The translations under genes and the position numbers were made by a program. Positions 61,742 through 64,000 of a stretch of 64,000 nt of DNA are shown piece after piece. The notes below the pieces were generated by a model. That model searched no databases, was not told where the DNA came from, and saw nothing but the letters and a program-made list of their open reading frames with translations. Source of the DNA: Eledone cirrhosa (lineage: Eukaryota); contig OZ024741.1 in assembly GCA_964016885.1 (NCBI GenBank), forward strand, positions 109,554,001-109,618,000. The letters are read 5' to 3'. Each line of letters starts with the position of its first letter. The stretch's first letter is position 1.

Positions 61742-64000
61742 ATTTCATTTATTGGCCACAAGGGCCGACATATAGGGGACAACACAATAGACAGGGACAG
61801 TGGGGGTTTACATAGAGATCGAGTAAGTATAAATAACAAAAAAACAAAAACAAAATAACAATAAAAATACAACAATGAAAGTTCCCCAATAAGAGGGATC
61901 ACCACCCAGGGTTGACTCAAGCACCCCACCAGTCCTGAGCCACCCGACGCTCCTAGGGCACCCGGGAAGGGCACCCCTCTCCTTCTCGAATTCACCAGCC
62001 TACAGGCGCATGATCAGAGTAGGCCCACTCACGCGGGCCATTCTCGCCACATTCACCCACCTTTCAGTAAATGTACTGGGGGGCAGCACTTCTCTCTCCA
62101 CCCTCACCTTCCTTTCCAAGTGAAACTTGAAGAAGTTGATGAGGGATTGGCCGAAGAGAAAAGTGTCTGTCTTCAGTCCTTTTAACCTGGTCCACCATGC
62201 AACCTCTTTCGCTACTGCCACCAGGCAGAGGAAAATTGCCTGCCCTTCCTGACCAAAAGAAGGCGGCGGGTCAATCTTCACTATGGACTCGGACGATAGC
62301 CGGATCCGTTCTACACGCGACAATAGCTGTTCGACATAACCCCACAAGTCAGCAATGCACGGACACTGGACGAGTGCGTGCAGAACGGTTTCGTCGCTCT
62401 GCGCGCATCTCGGGCAGGTTCGTCTGACAGCACTTCCGTGCCTGTAGAGTTTATCCCGAACCGGCAGCGCCGCCCGGTAGCACTGCCAAGCGAGGGATTT
62501 CTGGAAGTTATCCATCGTCCCCGGCTCGAAAGTCCTCCGGAACATACTGGTCAGTTCTACTTCGTTGACGCCCAGAGCCTCTCCTAGTACGTCATCGCAC
62601 TTGCCCTCCACTAATCCTCTATAGAAATCTTGAGTGGAAGTTCCACTGACCGCATTGCCCACCTTGCAGAGTGCAGTGAGCGCCTGGCAACATTCCAGAT
62701 GCCAGTCGCCCAGTCTCGGTCTCTTCTTGACCCAGGACTGCAGCTCAGTCAAAGAGATGAGCTGCGGAAAGGCCCGTCTAACAAACGGCGACCACACCTG
62801 TTCACCGTTTAGGCAAAATATCTGGAGATGTCGCAGCCTCAGCGCATGTCTGCGCATCATTAGCCACGGCATGCCCAGCCCTCCACGAAGAGGGTGCTGG
62901 CAGCAGATGGACCGACTCACCAACGGGACCCGTCCCCTCCACAAAAATTTGAAAAGGAGCCGTTCCAAATTGGCGAGGCGTGGACGGGGGCAAGGCACGA
63001 CGGTCAGGCGGTAGTAGATGACGGACGCGATGTACGCGTTCGCCACCTCCGCCCGCCCTTTCAGTGATAGCTTTCTCTCAGCCCATTTCTGGGTGAGGTT
63101 GGCTATCCTGCTCGTCACCTCGTCCCAATTCTTATCCACCTGGAGGTCTGGTCCGAACCAAACCCCGAGCAACTTTACCGGTCCGTCTGTCCAGCGCCCA
63201 ACGACGCTGTTGGACGGCATGGACTTGCCTCCCCAGGTGCCGAGCTGCAAGCCCACCGACTTTTCCGGGTTAAGTTTTGCTCCCGTCAACCTTTCATATT
63301 CCTCCAAATGGGTGCGGATCACCTCGATTTCCGAGGTGTCCGACACCATCACGGTGATGTCGTCCGCATAAGCGGACGCAGCCTTTCTACGTCCCGGTTC
63401 GAGCGGGATGCCCTGCAACAACTCCAGCTTCCGCAGTAGAGGCTCAAGAGTCAATACGTACAGAAGTGAGGAGAGAGGGCACCCTTGACGGACCGATCGA
63501 GAGATCTGAAACGGTTCCGAGAGGTGGCCATTAACTTTGACCACCGAGCAGATGCCGCTGTACATTGCAGCGATCCAGCTTCTGAAGACGGGGCCGAAGC
63601 CAGCCGCCTCGAGGACAGCCTCCAAGTACCGATGGTCGACCCTATCGAATGCTTTCGATTGATCTAAATTGATCAGAGCCCCACCGAAGCCAGGTTTGCA
63701 CCCAACCCTCTCTATGATGTATCGCATGAGGTGGAGGTTGTCGTGTATGGACCTGGTCGGGATTGCGCAAGTTTGCGCCTCCCCAACCAAATCTTTGACG
63801 ACAAGCGCCAACCTTTTCGCTAACACCTTGGCCAAAATCTTAAACTCTGTGTTGAGCAGGGTTATGGGCCTGAAATTATCTAGTGTGTCCCTCTTGTTCT
63901 CGTCTTTCCTTATCAGCGTCACTACGCCACGGCTCACAGAACTGGGAATGCTCCCGTTCTGCTGCCAGTTGCAGTAGAGCGCTTCGAGGAGATCGGAGAA
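61742..64000 (-). mobile_element. Tx1/L1-clade LINE running off the window
   Basis: ORF2, then a ~255-nt 3' UTR with AATAAA and a (TTA)n/(TAG)n junction at 61690-61741. Confidence 0.92.
62000..64000 (-). CDS. LINE ORF2 (partial): reverse transcriptase plus C-terminal CCHC zinc finger, uninterrupted
   Basis: NFRPITLLN, LDQSKAFDRVDH, VRQGCPLS, AYADD, KLLG, GGLG, CPRC...ETVLHALVQC. The frame stays open to the window edge (667 codons). Confidence 0.93.
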   Translation of the reverse strand, partial: FSDLLEALYCNWQQNGSIPSSVSRGVVTLIRKDENKRDTLDNFRPITLLNTEFKILAKVLAKRLALVVKDLVGEAQTCAIPTRSIHDNLHLMRYIIERVGCKPGFGGALINLDQSKAFDRVDHRYLEAVLEAAGFGPVFRSWIAAMYSGICSVVKVNGHLSEPFQISRSVRQGCPLSSLLYVLTLEPLLRKLELLQGIPLEPGRRKAASAYADDITVMVSDTSEIEVIRTHLEEYERLTGAKLNPEKSVGLQLGTWGGKSMPSNSVVGRWTDGPVKLLGVWFGPDLQVDKNWDEVTSRIANLTQKWAERKLSLKGRAEVANAYIASVIYYRLTVVPCPRPRLANLERLLFKFLWRGRVPLVSRSICCQHPLRGGLGMPWLMMRRHALRLRHLQIFCLNGEQVWSPFVRRAFPQLISLTELQSWVKKRPRLGDWHLECCQALTALCKVGNAVSGTSTQDFYRGLVEGKCDDVLGEALGVNEVELTSMFRRTFEPGTMDNFQKSLAWQCYRAALPVRDKLYRHGSAVRRTCPRCAQSDETVLHALVQCPCIADLWGYVEQLLSRVERIRLSSESIVKIDPPPSFGQEGQAIFLCLVAVAKEVAWWTRLKGLKTDTFLFGQSLINFFKFHLERKVRVEREVLPPSTFTERWVNVARMARVSGPTLIMRL

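Overview
AT-rich, microsatellite-dense animal (non-prokaryotic) genomic DNA. The tRNA-derived SINEs and the (TA)n/(CATA)n/(CA)n content suggest an octopus or other coleoid cephalopod (inference). Almost all ORFs in the track are microsatellite translations. Recognisable coding sequence is transposon-derived: a near full-length Penelope-like element (RT + GIY-YIG, 15.6-19.6 kb) with relatives, a second Naiad-like Penelope family, R4/Dong-type RLE retrotransposons in (CATA)n, a Tx1/L1-type RT ORF open to the window end, RTE and CRE fragments, three Helitron ends (one with RepHel remnants), a mariner fragment and more than 15 SINEs. The most striking pattern is about 11 insertions from several unrelated, mostly hammerhead-bearing Penelope-like families that share one 'two-3'-ends' design: two copies of the 3' end point outward, usually into (TA)n; one stops at an internal TA microhomology and the other carries an extra ~55-155 nt tail. 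Three other insertions carry an inverted copy of their own flanking DNA. A possible two-exon host gene end, missed by the ORF track, lies on the minus strand at 1436-2014. Coordinates were read by eye and are approximate to a few bases.
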